32,000 nt of DNA, taken from the NCBI GenBank assembly GCA_000175855.1, contig ACYB01000035.1, positions 420,001 to 452,000 on the forward strand, written 5' to 3'. The notes under the pieces were generated by a model. It was not told where the DNA came from. It did no database searches and worked only from the letters and a program-made list of their open reading frames with translations. Below are positions 1-12,400 of the stretch, in pieces. Both the position numbers and the translations under genes were made by a program. Origin of the DNA: Raphidiopsis brookii D9. Lineage in GTDB: Bacteria > Cyanobacteriota > Cyanobacteriia > Cyanobacteriales > Nostocaceae. The first letter of the stretch is position 1, and every line of letters starts with the position of its first letter.

Positions 1-108
1 AGGGAAATGCGATCAGACATTAGGGAAATGCAATCAGAAATTAGGGAAATGCAATCAGAAATTAGGGAGATACAATCAGAAGTAAGAGAAATACAACTGG
101 ATGTGAGG
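1..108 (+). repeat. Imperfect 21-bp tandem repeat (unit about gaaattagggaaatgcaatca)
   Basis: Consecutive attagggaaatgcaatcagaa-type units, in frame with the coiled-coil CDS. Confidence 0.8.
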
Positions 109-177
109 GGTTTACAAACTGAAAATCGCCGCATTTTAGATGTTCTGCAAAATGTTCCACCAGATAAATATGAGTAA
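1..177 (+). CDS. 3' end of a coiled-coil protein truncated by the window edge (REMRSDIREMQSEIREMQSEIREIQSEVREIQ...PPDKYE*)
   Basis: Frame +1 is open from base 1 to TAA at 175-177; heptad-like 7-aa repeats encoded by a 21-bp repeat unit. Confidence 0.75.
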   Translation, partial: REMRSDIREMQSEIREMQSEIREIQSEVREIQLDVRGLQTENRRILDVLQNVPPDKYE

Positions 178-183
178 GTGGGC

Positions 184-1131
184 TCATAGAAGATGCAAAA
201 CCGCCTTACCAGCAAAACTTCTGTCCATCAACTTTTGTGCTATGTCGGCAATTTCGTTCCATGACGCTTCTATCTCAATATGGGGGCGTAATTGGGCAGA
301 TTCCACCAGTTCTAACAACCATCTTAGCCCTATAGCCGCTGGTTCTTGTTTTAATTCATGGAATACTATTAATCCATATATATTCGCACCACCAAGAGCA
401 TAAAGACTGCCTGCATTAAAAGTTACTTCCCTTCCCCCAGTAGTTCCAAATACGACAGCTGTTCCATTAGTGTCCAGAAAATTGAGAGCTTGACCAAGAA
501 TATTACCACCTACAGAGTCTACAATTAAGTGATAGGGTCCATATACTTGAGCAGAGGAAATGTCGTCACCAGTAACCACGTGACGAGATCCCGCTTGTTT
601 GACTACAGATTCATACTTAGATTGTCGTAGATGGGCAACCACTTTTGCTCCGCTCAATCGGGCCAGCTGAATGGCAAAGTTACCAACTCCACCAGATGCA
701 CCAGTAATTAACACAGGTTTATTTAGTAGAAAACCACCTTTTTTCATGATATGGTAAGCTGTTAAACCTGCTATCGGTAGGGTAGCAGCTTGGGTAAATG
801 ATACAGAGTGTGGTAATTCGGCCAGAGAATGGGTGGGTACTGGGACTAACTCTCCCCATGCACCACTGGAAACATAACCTACCACCCGTGTTCCCACACC
901 AGGACCAGAACCATCAGTAGCGGATTTTTCCACAGTACCAGCTAAATCCCAACCAGGACGCCAACCAGGGGTAGCCGTACTAGCACGTCTGAGTTCACCG
1001 CGATTTAATGAAGTTGATGCGACTCTGATCAAAGCTTCATTCCTAGTGGGTGTAGGTACTGGGACTTCTCTTATTGTTAAGCGCCCTGGTATATTAGGGT
1101 CAACTACAATAGCACGCATTCTATCACTCAT
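184..1131 (-). CDS. Zinc-type alcohol dehydrogenase / NAD(P)H quinone oxidoreductase-like MDR protein
   Basis: GWDLAGTV, PIAGLTAYH, VLITGASGGVGNFAIQLA motifs of the MDR superfamily. Confidence 0.85.
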   Translation of the reverse strand: MSDRMRAIVVDPNIPGRLTIREVPVPTPTRNEALIRVASTSLNRGELRRASTATPGWRPGWDLAGTVEKSATDGSGPGVGTRVVGYVSSGAWGELVPVPTHSLAELPHSVSFTQAATLPIAGLTAYHIMKKGGFLLNKPVLITGASGGVGNFAIQLARLSGAKVVAHLRQSKYESVVKQAGSRHVVTGDDISSAQVYGPYHLIVDSVGGNILGQALNFLDTNGTAVVFGTTGGREVTFNAGSLYALGGANIYGLIVFHELKQEPAAIGLRWLLELVESAQLRPHIEIEASWNEIADIAQKLMDRSFAGKAVLHLL

Positions 1132-1175
1132 ACTCTATTATACTATATTATACTATTACTCAAAAATAAGATACA

Positions 1176-2552
1176 TCATTTTTCATTTCTTGCCAATTTA
1201 TTTGGTATTCCTTCACAACCACCAGGTATGGTAGTTCTGGATTTCTCTCCACACCAAGCACAACAATAGTAACGGGTTGATTCTGACATTCTTTGCACAC
1301 CAGTAAAATCCACGTTCTCTACCACTGCTCCCGTATGCTCCCCTGTTTGATAGTTAGGAGGTTCAGTACGACTGCGAGGTGAAGCTTGCTCTGCTGGTCC
1401 ATAAAACAAACGAGTACCATTTAAATCTGCTTGGCTAATATTTGCCTCATATAGTATGGCACGAGATAGGTTAGCCTTGACTAAATCGCAACCACTTAGG
1501 TTAGCATGAACTAAATTCACTTCCGTTAAGTCTGTCCAGCGTAAATCAGTATTTGATAAATCAGAACCCGCTAACATTACTCCTAAATCTATAACCCTGG
1601 TTCCATATAATCTGTCTTCAGCATAACCACCCATACCATCAAGAATGGGTCTACCTAGACGACGGTCACGTTGTAAAGGAGTGAGGAGTTTAGAGCGAGA
1701 CAGAAATCTGAGTATTTTGGCTTTTCCACTAGCATCTACACTACTAAGAATTGCAGAGGTGCGCCCTTCTGCGATCGCTCTTTCTTGGGGCCAATCTTCT
1801 AATAGTCCTTCCTCATCTAAGACTAAGTCAGAAATTCCTTGAAAGTAGGAATCTATGGTTTGTTGTTGGGTAATAATATTTTGCTGAACGGTCAGTAAAT
1901 TTTGTTGAATAGTTAGATCTTTGGAAATTATATATTGTCTCCAGGCCACGTAAACGGCAATTATGGCTATAAAAATTTGACCCAAAGCTCCAAACCAATC
2001 CGCTACACTGCCTAAAATATCCCAATTAATTTTCTGAGTTCCCTTGATGAGAACATTACCTAAACCAAAGAATTTTAAGCTGCCAATAATGGCAAATGTA
2101 AGGGCAACAAAACCTAAAAAAACCTTCTGATCTTGCGGAGAAACCCACTCTTTAATAATTGCTCTTAACCAGGGTAAAAGTAGTTTTAAGCATAGGAAAA
2201 TAGTCAATATGGTGCTGATGACACCGAGAAAACGATTATTAATAGTCGCACTGATAATAGTTAAGGCGATCGCCAGGAGGGTAAAGATAAAATCTTGAGA
2301 ATTAGCACCAGAGGTCAGGGTAGTGTTGTGAGAGAAAATAGAGGTAGATTTTTTGAGAAAATTGGTATATTTTGGGGATTGTAAGAAGGAAATAGCAGTC
2401 AGGGTCTGTTGAGCAAATAAACGTTCTGAAGCCAGTGTATTTTCACCCGCCTTACCATCAAAATCATCTGGATGTAATTGATGATCTACTAGATGGCTAC
2501 CTGATAAACTCTGAGAATCAGGACTTGAATTTGAACTTGAATCCACACTCAT
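1176..2552 (-). CDS. Membrane-associated pentapeptide-repeat protein with Cys-rich C-terminus
   Basis: Several hydrophobic segments, then SDLSNTDLRWTDLTEVNLVHANLSGCDLVKANLSRAILYEANISQADL repeats, then YYCCAWCGEKSRTTIPGGCEG. Confidence 0.8.
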   Translation of the reverse strand: MSVDSSSNSSPDSQSLSGSHLVDHQLHPDDFDGKAGENTLASERLFAQQTLTAISFLQSPKYTNFLKKSTSIFSHNTTLTSGANSQDFIFTLLAIALTIISATINNRFLGVISTILTIFLCLKLLLPWLRAIIKEWVSPQDQKVFLGFVALTFAIIGSLKFFGLGNVLIKGTQKINWDILGSVADWFGALGQIFIAIIAVYVAWRQYIISKDLTIQQNLLTVQQNIITQQQTIDSYFQGISDLVLDEEGLLEDWPQERAIAEGRTSAILSSVDASGKAKILRFLSRSKLLTPLQRDRRLGRPILDGMGGYAEDRLYGTRVIDLGVMLAGSDLSNTDLRWTDLTEVNLVHANLSGCDLVKANLSRAILYEANISQADLNGTRLFYGPAEQASPRSRTEPPNYQTGEHTGAVVENVDFTGVQRMSESTRYYCCAWCGEKSRTTIPGGCEGIPNKLARNEK

Positions 2553-2635
2553 TACTTGCTCAAACCTCAGAAAACATTAAATGGTAAATATATGGAGATA
2601 AATAGTAGATAATGTGCCCCATTCCCCCATCTTCA

Positions 2636-3682
<1,047 letters not shown>

Positions 3683-3729
3683 TTAGATTTAATTGTAGCA
3701 AGAAGTGCATCAAATGTAAAGCCTTACTA

Positions 3730-3754
3730 TATGGGAAGCGAGCTTCCATCCCAT
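3730..3754. promoter_or_regulatory. Short imperfect hairpin tatgggaag-cgag-cttccatcccata
   Basis: 9-bp arms tatgggaag / cttcc(at)cccata with a small bulge, no T tract; function unknown. Confidence 0.3.
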
Positions 3755-3924
3755 AATTTCCGATCATTCATGTAAAATTATTGACTAAATACAATAAAAA
3801 TGATATTGTTCCTAATGTACCTTTTAGGTGTTTTTAATAGTTTTGTTTAAATCTTCATTTTTCAAGGTAGAAAATAAAAGATAATTAGTCCTATTATGGT
3901 TGATTTAAATACCTCATTGGCTGA

Positions 3925-4719
3925 TTGGACAATCATAAAATTATGCTAGGAGATGATATTTTGCGTAGTTGTAGTATGGTTATTTTTCGACGCTTGATTA
4001 CATCTGGGCTGATTGGTTTCCTGGTAAGCAGCTGTGCTGACGCAGCCAAATCTTCTACGGAATATACAAAACAAATTGTTCAGGAAAATAACGTAGCACG
4101 ACTGATGGCACAGGTTCAGGATAGCCAAAAAGTCTCAAATCTATTGAGTCAGGGCAATGGTTTCCTAGACAGTGGACGCTATGAAGAAGCACTTCAGCTC
4201 TATAACCGGGCAATTGAAATTGAAAAGGATAGCGTACCGTCATGGGTAAATAGGGGAAATGCCCTACTCTCCCTAAAACGCTACCAGGAAGCATTGGAAT
4301 CTTATAACCAGGCGATCGCCCTTCGTCCTAACAAAAATGAAGCCTGGTACAATCGAGGTAATGCCCTATCAGCATTAGGCCGTTACGAAGAAGCAATAAG
4401 GTCTTATAATGAGTCCATAGTGATTGACCCAAATAAATTTGAGGCATGGATAAACAAGGGAATTGCCTTGACAAAACTACAACGTTACCAAGAAGGTTTA
4501 GCATCTTACAACCAAGCAATTAGCATCAACCCAAATTTTCCCACCGCATATTATAATAAAGCATGTAATTATGCTTTACAGAAGCAGGTAAACCTAGCAG
4601 TGGAGTCATTAGCTAAAGCTATTAAGATAGACGGTCAAAAATACACTCAATTGGCACGGGTAGATAAAGACTTTGCTAAGATTAGCGATAACAGGGACTT
4701 TCAAGAATTACTGAAATAA
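3925..4719 (+). CDS. TPR-repeat lipoprotein-like protein
   Basis: Repeated ALxxYNQAIxxxPNxxxAWYNRGxAL units; hydrophobic N-terminus ending in SSCA lipobox-like motif; true start may be an internal Met. Confidence 0.85.
   Translation: MDNHKIMLGDDILRSCSMVIFRRLITSGLIGFLVSSCADAAKSSTEYTKQIVQENNVARLMAQVQDSQKVSNLLSQGNGFLDSGRYEEALQLYNRAIEIEKDSVPSWVNRGNALLSLKRYQEALESYNQAIALRPNKNEAWYNRGNALSALGRYEEAIRSYNESIVIDPNKFEAWINKGIALTKLQRYQEGLASYNQAISINPNFPTAYYNKACNYALQKQVNLAVESLAKAIKIDGQKYTQLARVDKDFAKISDNRDFQELLK
4634..4710 (+). repeat. Direct repeat copy 1 (77 bp, native 3' end of TPR gene)
   Basis: gtcaaaaatacactcaattggcacgggtagataaagactttgctaagattagcgataacagggactttcaagaatta; 4 mismatches to 12878-12954. Confidence 0.93.
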
Positions 4720-4918
4720 AGGCTAGAGTGAAAACCTACCTACCCTGCTTATTAACTGGTTTGGTTGAGTCAGTTCGATCTATAATAGATAAAGGGATGC
4801 GGGAGAGAAGTCAAAGCGCTAGGAGCACTCAACCAGTTAGGTTTACAGACGTCCTTAGTGCGACACTGGTTATGTAGGTTTTTTTCTCCTAACAGTTTAT
4901 TAAAGGTTCAGTCATCAT

Positions 4919-6352
4919 CTAGCTATCAACAATTGTATCTGGTAACTCCTCTTCTACAAGACGCAGATGGGGATAAAAATAGCAAATAAAAGTAAAAAGG
5001 ATGCTAAATAGTCCCATGATGACAAACATTAAACCAATACCGCGACCATGGCCAATACCAATTATTTCTCCGATGGTGTTTGCTGCTGGTCCGTCAGCTT
5101 GCATAAATGGTTCAAATAGTCGATCAGCTAGTGGTCCTGCTAGCAGAAAAGAAAGGGGTAGAAAACCTTGAGTAACTGCTATGCGGAAGGCAAAGACTTT
5201 TCCTTGCACTTCTGGAGCAACTTTCTTTTGATAAATTACTTGGATTGCACCATTAACAATGGGGACCATAAAAAATATAAAGAAGTCGGAGATGGTAAAC
5301 AGAATTGGGTTAGGACGTAACCCGGCTAAAATATAGAATATACCTAAGAAAAACATTGAGATAAAGATGAGGTTCATTTGGCGCTTTGGTCCTCCCCAGA
5401 TGCTGATGATAAAACTGCTAACTAACATTCCAGAGCTTGCTATGGAAGAGATTGTACCTAGTGCTTCTGTGGAAGCAAAGGAAAGGACTAGAGGTGTGGT
5501 GAGAGCTTCAGCACCACCAATAAGAAAGTTGGTGATTGCAACAAAAACCACCAAGCCAATTAGTCCAGGTCTCTCGATAAAATAATGCCATCCAAAGGAT
5601 AATTCTTGCCAGAATGAAGAGAATAAACCAGCTTCCTCGGTTTCAGTTTCTTTGGTTTTAACTTCACGGAAATTCACCACTAATAAGCAAAGCAAGGCAA
5701 AACACAAAGTAGATAAATCAATTAGAACTACTCCGGGAATTTGAACATTCACTAAGAGTATAGTTGCTACCACTGGCGAGAGAATCTCTGCAACAGCTAA
5801 TCTAATTTGCGTCATGGAACTGGCGCGACCCAGTTGTTCTTTTGGGACTAATAATGTGGTAGCTGAAGAATAAGCGAGGGCTTGAAATGCACTAAAGCTA
5901 GAATTGAAGGCACTAATTAGACACAGAGTCCACACTTCTAGGTGGTTATTCATAAATAACCAGGCAATGGTTAAGGTACACAAACCAGCACAGAAGTCAC
6001 TAATAATCATAATCCAGCGTCGGGGAAAGCGGTCAACAACTACTCCCGCAATGGGAGAGATAACAATCGTAGGTAAAGTCGTTGATAGAATTAGGAGGGT
6101 GAATTGGGTAGCTGAATTAGTATGCTGGTAAAGCCAAATACTTAAAGCAAAACTGGTCATGCGAGAGCCAACCAGAGATAATACTTGACTAATCCAGATG
6201 AGGATAAAAACGCTCATGCTGGGAGCTTTCTCTGTTTCCTGATTGGAGAATTCTCCAGTCCACTTAAATAAAGATGATGCAAAACTGGGTTTTTGTTTTA
6301 ATTCTGTTGAGTCTTTATCTAACATAGCAACAGTTATTACTGTATATTTCAA
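4919..6352 (-). CDS. MFS family transporter, probable exporter of the adjacent NRPS product
   Basis: 12-TM-like profile, LILSTTLPTIVISPIAGVVVDRFPRRWIMI MFS signature; 53 bp downstream of the NRPS gene on the same strand. Confidence 0.88.
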   Translation of the reverse strand: MKYTVITVAMLDKDSTELKQKPSFASSLFKWTGEFSNQETEKAPSMSVFILIWISQVLSLVGSRMTSFALSIWLYQHTNSATQFTLLILSTTLPTIVISPIAGVVVDRFPRRWIMIISDFCAGLCTLTIAWLFMNNHLEVWTLCLISAFNSSFSAFQALAYSSATTLLVPKEQLGRASSMTQIRLAVAEILSPVVATILLVNVQIPGVVLIDLSTLCFALLCLLVVNFREVKTKETETEEAGLFSSFWQELSFGWHYFIERPGLIGLVVFVAITNFLIGGAEALTTPLVLSFASTEALGTISSIASSGMLVSSFIISIWGGPKRQMNLIFISMFFLGIFYILAGLRPNPILFTISDFFIFFMVPIVNGAIQVIYQKKVAPEVQGKVFAFRIAVTQGFLPLSFLLAGPLADRLFEPFMQADGPAANTIGEIIGIGHGRGIGLMFVIMGLFSILFTFICYFYPHLRLVEEELPDTIVDS

Positions 6353-6405
6353 TATTTTCAGTTAGCAAGGCAATTTGGCAATTAAAAACAGCTGTGGAAT
6401 TGTAA

Positions 6406-9400
6406 TTATCCAATTGGGCTGTTTGGATGTTGAACAAGTTTTTGGAGAATTTCTTGGTAATAACTAAACATAAACTCGATGGCATCATCTGTAAATAGCT
6501 CCCTGCTGTAGAAAACCTTAATTTCCATGGTGGGATTATTTACTGAAGGTGAGGAAACATAAATCTCTAAAGGAATTTCTTCATCCCACAAGCTGCGATC
6601 GCGCTTAATTGATACAAATTCAAAATCCAACATCCGGTTGTGCCAATTTTGCGGAGGTAACATAGTTAGGGATGTAGAGATATTCAGTGGTTGTTTACTG
6701 GTAACAGTGTCAATGACTGTTTGACAAGCAATTTCTTTATTGTTGATTGCTTCCATTAGGGTTTGTTGGACTTGTTGTAGAAGAGTAAGTCCGGTCTCTT
6801 CAGATGAGAAATGAGAGTGCAAAATTACATCTTTGATGAAGCAACCAAGCATTGTTTCAGTTTTCACTGAACTACGATTACCAACTGTTGTGATCACTAA
6901 AATATCGTCTTTCCCACTATAATTAAACAAAAGTATATTCACAGCAGTGAGGATAATCACAAAGATAGTAACTTTTTGCTCCAGGCTGAAGGCTTGAATT
7001 GATCTAACCATACTGACTGGTAAAACTATGGAATAAACAGATGCACTGCTACTCACCTGTGGTGGAATGTTAGAAACATTATGAGATATTGGTGAGGTAT
7101 TGGTTAATTTCTCTACCCAATAAGCCAACTGCTTTTCTATTACCTTTTCATTAAAGCACTGATGTTGCCAGAGGGTAAATCGGCATAATGACCATCCATC
7201 CGTAATGATATGGTGCATGTTTATTGTTAACCAATATTCCTTTTGATTTACTTGCAATAACTTTGTCTTAATCAGAGGAAGTGAACCTAGATCAAAATGA
7301 TGCTCGTATTCCAACGCAGCGAGTCTCTCAGCTTCAGATGTTCTTTTTGTATTAGGCAAGTTTTGTAAGTCTATAATCTCTAGTGGTATAGTCAGAAGTG
7401 GAGTAATTACTTGTACAGGTTGACCTTCTACTAGAGTAAAAGCCGTGCGTAGTATTTCATGACGACGAATTATTTCATTGAAGCTAGACTCCAACACAGT
7501 TGCAGAAAGAGAGCCTGTAAAACGTAAAGTAACAAAGCTATTGTAAGCGTAATTGTCAGGAGCTAATTGCTGTGAATGCCATATAGACTCCTGTGCAAAA
7601 GACAGTGGGATATATGTGTTTCGTACTTGAGGGATAAGAGGTGGTAAGGTGTCAAACGTCATGCTACCTGCACTCTGCTGCTCTACCTCCAGCTGATGAA
7701 CATTGATTACTTGGCTAAGTTGAACTATGGTGGGTGCTTTAAATAGAGAACGCAAGGGAAGTTCGAGGGACAAACTTTCCCGAATTCGAGATATTACAGA
7801 TGTTGCTAATAAAGAATGTCCTCCCAATTCGAAAAAGTTATCATAAATCCCGACTTTTTCCAGACCTAAGACGTTGGCGATAATATGGGCAATGGTTTCT
7901 TCTGTGGGATTTCTGGGAGCTACAAAGACTGTTTGAGGATTGTCTACTATGGGTATAGGTAGGGCGCGACGGTCTATTTTTCCGTTGGGATTCAGGGGAA
8001 AGGCGTTGAGGATAACAAATGCCAAGGGAATCATATATTCGGGCAAACGTTCTTTGAGAAACTGACGCAACTCACTACTGCTAAGGGTTAAACTTTCACT
8101 AACAATATAAGCAGTGAGATACTTATTGCCTGGATTATCTTCGCGGACAATTACTACTACCTGCTTCACTTGGGGATGTTGGGTTAATACTGTCTCAATT
8201 TCTCCTAATTCTATGCGGAATCCACGAATTTTAACTTGGTGGTCGACGCGTCCGATAAATTCAATGTTTCCATCGGGTAAAAAGCGTGCCAAATCCCCTG
8301 TTTTATAAAGTCGATCATTTGCTACAAAAGGATTAGGAAGAAATCGCTCAGATGTCAATTCGGGACGATTTAAGTAACCTATTGCTAAACCTGTACCTCC
8401 AAGGTAGAGTTCTCCAGACACACCTATGGGAACCGGTTGCAGATGGCGATCTAGAATGTAAACTTGGGTATTGGCGATCGCCCGACCAATGGGAACTGTT
8501 TTTGCTTTTGGTTCTATTTGCTGGATATAATAACAGGTAGAAATGGTTGTATTTTCAGTAGGTCCGTAAGCATGCAACAATTTTTGAGGACCATCTACTG
8601 CTAACAAGTGTCTCACCCACCGAGTATCAACAGCTTCACCACCAAATAATAAGTAGTGTAAATGTCGAAATGCCATCGGTACTTGTTGCACCATTTGGTT
8701 AAATAGTGCGGTCGTGATCATCAAGATGGTAATACCCTCATTTTGTAAGCTAGTGGCAAAATCTCGTGGTGATAGTATGGTTTCTCTATCGAAAATTGCT
8801 ACTTTTGCACCATTGAGTAATGCTCCCCAAATTTCACAGGTAGCAACGTCAAAGGAATTATTAGAAACTTGTGCAATTACATCTGTAGGTTGCAAGGTTA
8901 TATAGTCAGTATTGACTACTAATCGCACCACCCCGCAATGAGGAACCATCACACCTTTAGGTTGACCCGTTGACCCTGATGTGTAAATAACATAAGCCAA
9001 ATTATCTGGGGTAGTATCGCAGTTTAAGTTCTGTTGGTTCTTTTGGGCAATGACGGACCAGTCCCGGTCTAAACAAATCTGCTCAACATCAGTCAGTTTT
9101 CCCCCTAGCTGCTGCTCTGTCAAAATCAAAAAGGCTTTTGCATCCTGCAGCATAAATGCCAGGCGATCGCTCGGATAGGTGGGATCTAATGGTAAATAAG
9201 CACCTCCAGCTTTCAGAATCCCTAGCATGGCGATGATGATTTTAGGCGATCGCTCTAAATAAATTCCCACCAAAGTTTGTGCACTAACACCCAGAAACTG
9301 CAAATAGTGAGCTAGTTGATTAGCTCGATTATTTAACTCCCGATAGGTAACTTGTTGATTTTCCCATTGAACAGCGATCGCATTTGGTGTCCTTTCTACT

Positions 9401-12400
9401 TGTTGCTCAAATAATTGATGAATACATTGGTGAGGATAATCAGTTTGCGTGTTATTCCATTCCACAAGTAGCTGATGTTTTTGCGATGCTGAGAGTAATG
9501 GTAATTTTCCCACCTGTTCATCGGGATTAGTAACAATAGCCTCCACCAAAGTTTGAAAATTATCTACCATCCGGGCAATGGTTGTAGCGTCAAACAAATT
9601 GGCGTTATATTCAAAGGCTCCTATGAGTTCCAAATTTGCTTCTTGCATCGACAGGGTTAAATCAAACGTCGCTCCTGCTGTGGGTCTATTTAATTCAATT
9701 TGGGTTACATTCAAACCTGGTAAGTTGAATTTTTCCTGGGGAGAATTTTGTAATACAAACATTACCTGAAACAGGGGACTCAGATTTTTTTGCCGTTTGG
9801 GTTGTAGAGCTTCAACTAGTATATCAAAAGGTAACTCTTGGTGAACATAACCATCAAGAGAAACCTGTCGCACCTGGGATAATAGTTGTTTAAAGGTGGG
9901 ATTGTTTTCTAAGCGAGTACGTAAAACTAAAGTGTTGACAAAAAAACCAATTAATGACTCGAGTGCTTGACGATTGCGGTTAGTAATAGGGGAGCCAATA
10001 ATAATATCTTCTTGGCCAGTGTAACGATAAAGAAAGGTAACAAAAGCCGCTTGCAGAGTCATAAATAGGGAAGTACCCGACTTCTGACTTAATATTTTCA
10101 GTTTGTTAGTCAGGTGATTACCCAATCTAAACCGGTGGATACTACCGTGAAATGTTTCAATAGTCGAACGGGGGTAATCTGTTGGTAATTCTGTGATTGG
10201 TGGAGCATCTGCTAACTGTTTTTTCCAATAGCTTATCTGGGTATTAATAACATCATTTTGCAACCCTTGACGTTGCCAGTAAGCATAATCTGCATACTGA
10301 ACTGGCAAGTTTGCCAGGGGAGAATTGGCATATAAACTCGACAATTCTTGGAAGAAAATTGCTACTGACCAAGCATCGGAGATTATGTGGTGCATGGTGA
10401 CTAGCAAAATATGGGAATTTGATTCCAGGCGAATCAGTTTTACTCTTAGTAGAGGGGCTTGGCTTAAATCAAAAGCTTCTGTATATTCAGTGGTAATCAA
10501 CCGTTGTAATTCTGCCTCTCTTGCAACTTCTGTTAGGGTTTGTAAATCTACTAATGGTAAGGTAAATGGTAAAGTTTCTGCAATAAATTGCACTGGTTTT
10601 CCTTCTGATATACCAAAAGAAGTACGCAAAGTTTCGTGACGTTGAATAATTGACTGCACTGCTTGTTGAAGTGCCATTAAATTCAGGGAACCAACTAACC
10701 GTAAAGCCCTAGTAATATTGTAAGCTGCATTTGCTCCTTCCATTTGGTCAACAATCCAAAATCTCTGTTGAATCAAAGATAAAGGTGATTCTGCAGTTCG
10801 GGAAACTGGCTGTAAAACTGAGAGGGAATTAGTGGGATGAAAATCATCCCGAAAAGTTGTAACTTTTTCACTTAAACTAGCTATGGTTGGGGCTTCAAAT
10901 AAAATGGTGATGGATAGCTCCAAAGATAGAGCTTCACGCAATCTTGATATAACTAAACTGGCAAGTAGAGAATGTCCCCCCAATTCTAAAAAGTTGTCAT
11001 AAATGCCCACTTTCTCTAGTCCTAAAACTTCTGCCCAAATGTTAGCTATTAGTTCTTCTTGGGGGTTACGGGGTGCAACAAAGTTACCAATTGTAGCAGA
11101 TAGATTTGGTGCGGGTAAATTATTCCTGTCTAACTTTCCGTTGGGTAATACTGGCAGTTTTTCTATCAACACAAAGGCATTAGGAATCATATAATCTGGT
11201 AATTTATGCTCTATAAAATTCCGAATTTCTGCCAAATCTAAGGTTTGAGTGTTAGGCACAATATAGGCAACCAATCGCTGATCTCCCGGTATATCCTCTC
11301 GAAGGCTAATTGCACCTTCTTTAACTGAGGGATGTAGTTTTAATATGGCTTCGATTTCTTCCAGTTCTACGCGCATTCCTCGGATATTTGCCTGAAAGTC
11401 AATCCGACCAAGAATTTCTAAATTACCATCTTGCGAGTGGCGAGCTATATCCCCTGTCTTGAAAAGTTTTTGCTGAGGATTAAAGGGATTATTAATAAAT
11501 TTTTCGGCATTGGCTTGGGCGCGGTTTAAATAACCACGTGCTAACGTACCACCAGCTATATGTAGTTCTCCGGATTCTCCATTTTTCACGGGTTCCAATT
11601 GGGAGTTGAGGACGTAAACCTGCTGCATGTCTTGGAGGGGATTACCAACAGGAACATATCCTTGTTCAGTATCGCAGTTTTCAGGAATGGGATAAAAAGC
11701 ATTACCAATACTTTCCGTTTGACCCAAGATATTAAAAAATTGAGGTGGGGTTTGAAATAGGTTACGTAATTTCTTAATTAGCTGATAAGGTAGTAACTCC
11801 CCGCCAAATATCAGGTATTTTAGCTTTGATTCCCCTATAGCTCTTGTATATTTTTTGTCTAAACTTTCCAAAGCCATAAGTCCATAACGCCACACTGAGG
11901 GCACACCATCACAGATAGTGATTTCTTGTGTTTCAATTAGTTCAAATAACCTAAGAGGATCTCTGGTTTGTTCACGTGTAGCAATAACAATGGCTGCACC
12001 TTGGGATAAGGGTAGGAATAGTTGTCTGACTGAAGCAGTAAATGAGAAAGATGCTATATGCAGGTAAATATCTTGGTTATCAACTGGGATTATGTTAGTT
12101 ATACCCTGAAGATAATTCACAATACTGGCATGGGGCATTTGTACTCCTTTTGGCTTACCAGTAGAGCCAGAAGTATATATTAAGTAGGCCAGATTCTCTG
12201 AGGTAACACTACAGCTGGGACTATCTTGACTTTGTTGCTCAATTTTTTCCCATTCCGCATCTAAACATAAGACTGTGGCCTTGATAACAGGTAGTGCTTC
12301 TAACCACTGACTTTCAGTTAAAACTACCTTTGGACTGGCATCCTCTAGCATAAATGCTAACCTTTCCTGGGGATAAGCAGGGTCCAAAGGAACGTAAGCA

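Noticed and set aside
140-403. 87-aa plus-strand ORF
   Set aside because: Mostly antisense to the MDR dehydrogenase and overlapping the end of the coiled-coil CDS.
1134-1165. tatactattatactatattatactatt low-complexity stretch
   Set aside because: Short AT-rich simple sequence between two minus-strand genes; no clear structured element.
2266-2273. gcgatcgc palindromes here and at about 17661, 24570, 25650 and others
   Set aside because: These match the HIP1 octamer abundant in cyanobacterial genomes, so they are not a local signal.
4752-4839. Inverted repeat attaactggtttggttgagt ... actcaaccagttag as IS end or terminator
   Set aside because: Arms are imperfect, separated by more than 50 bp, without adjacent transposase or target-site duplication; too weak to call.
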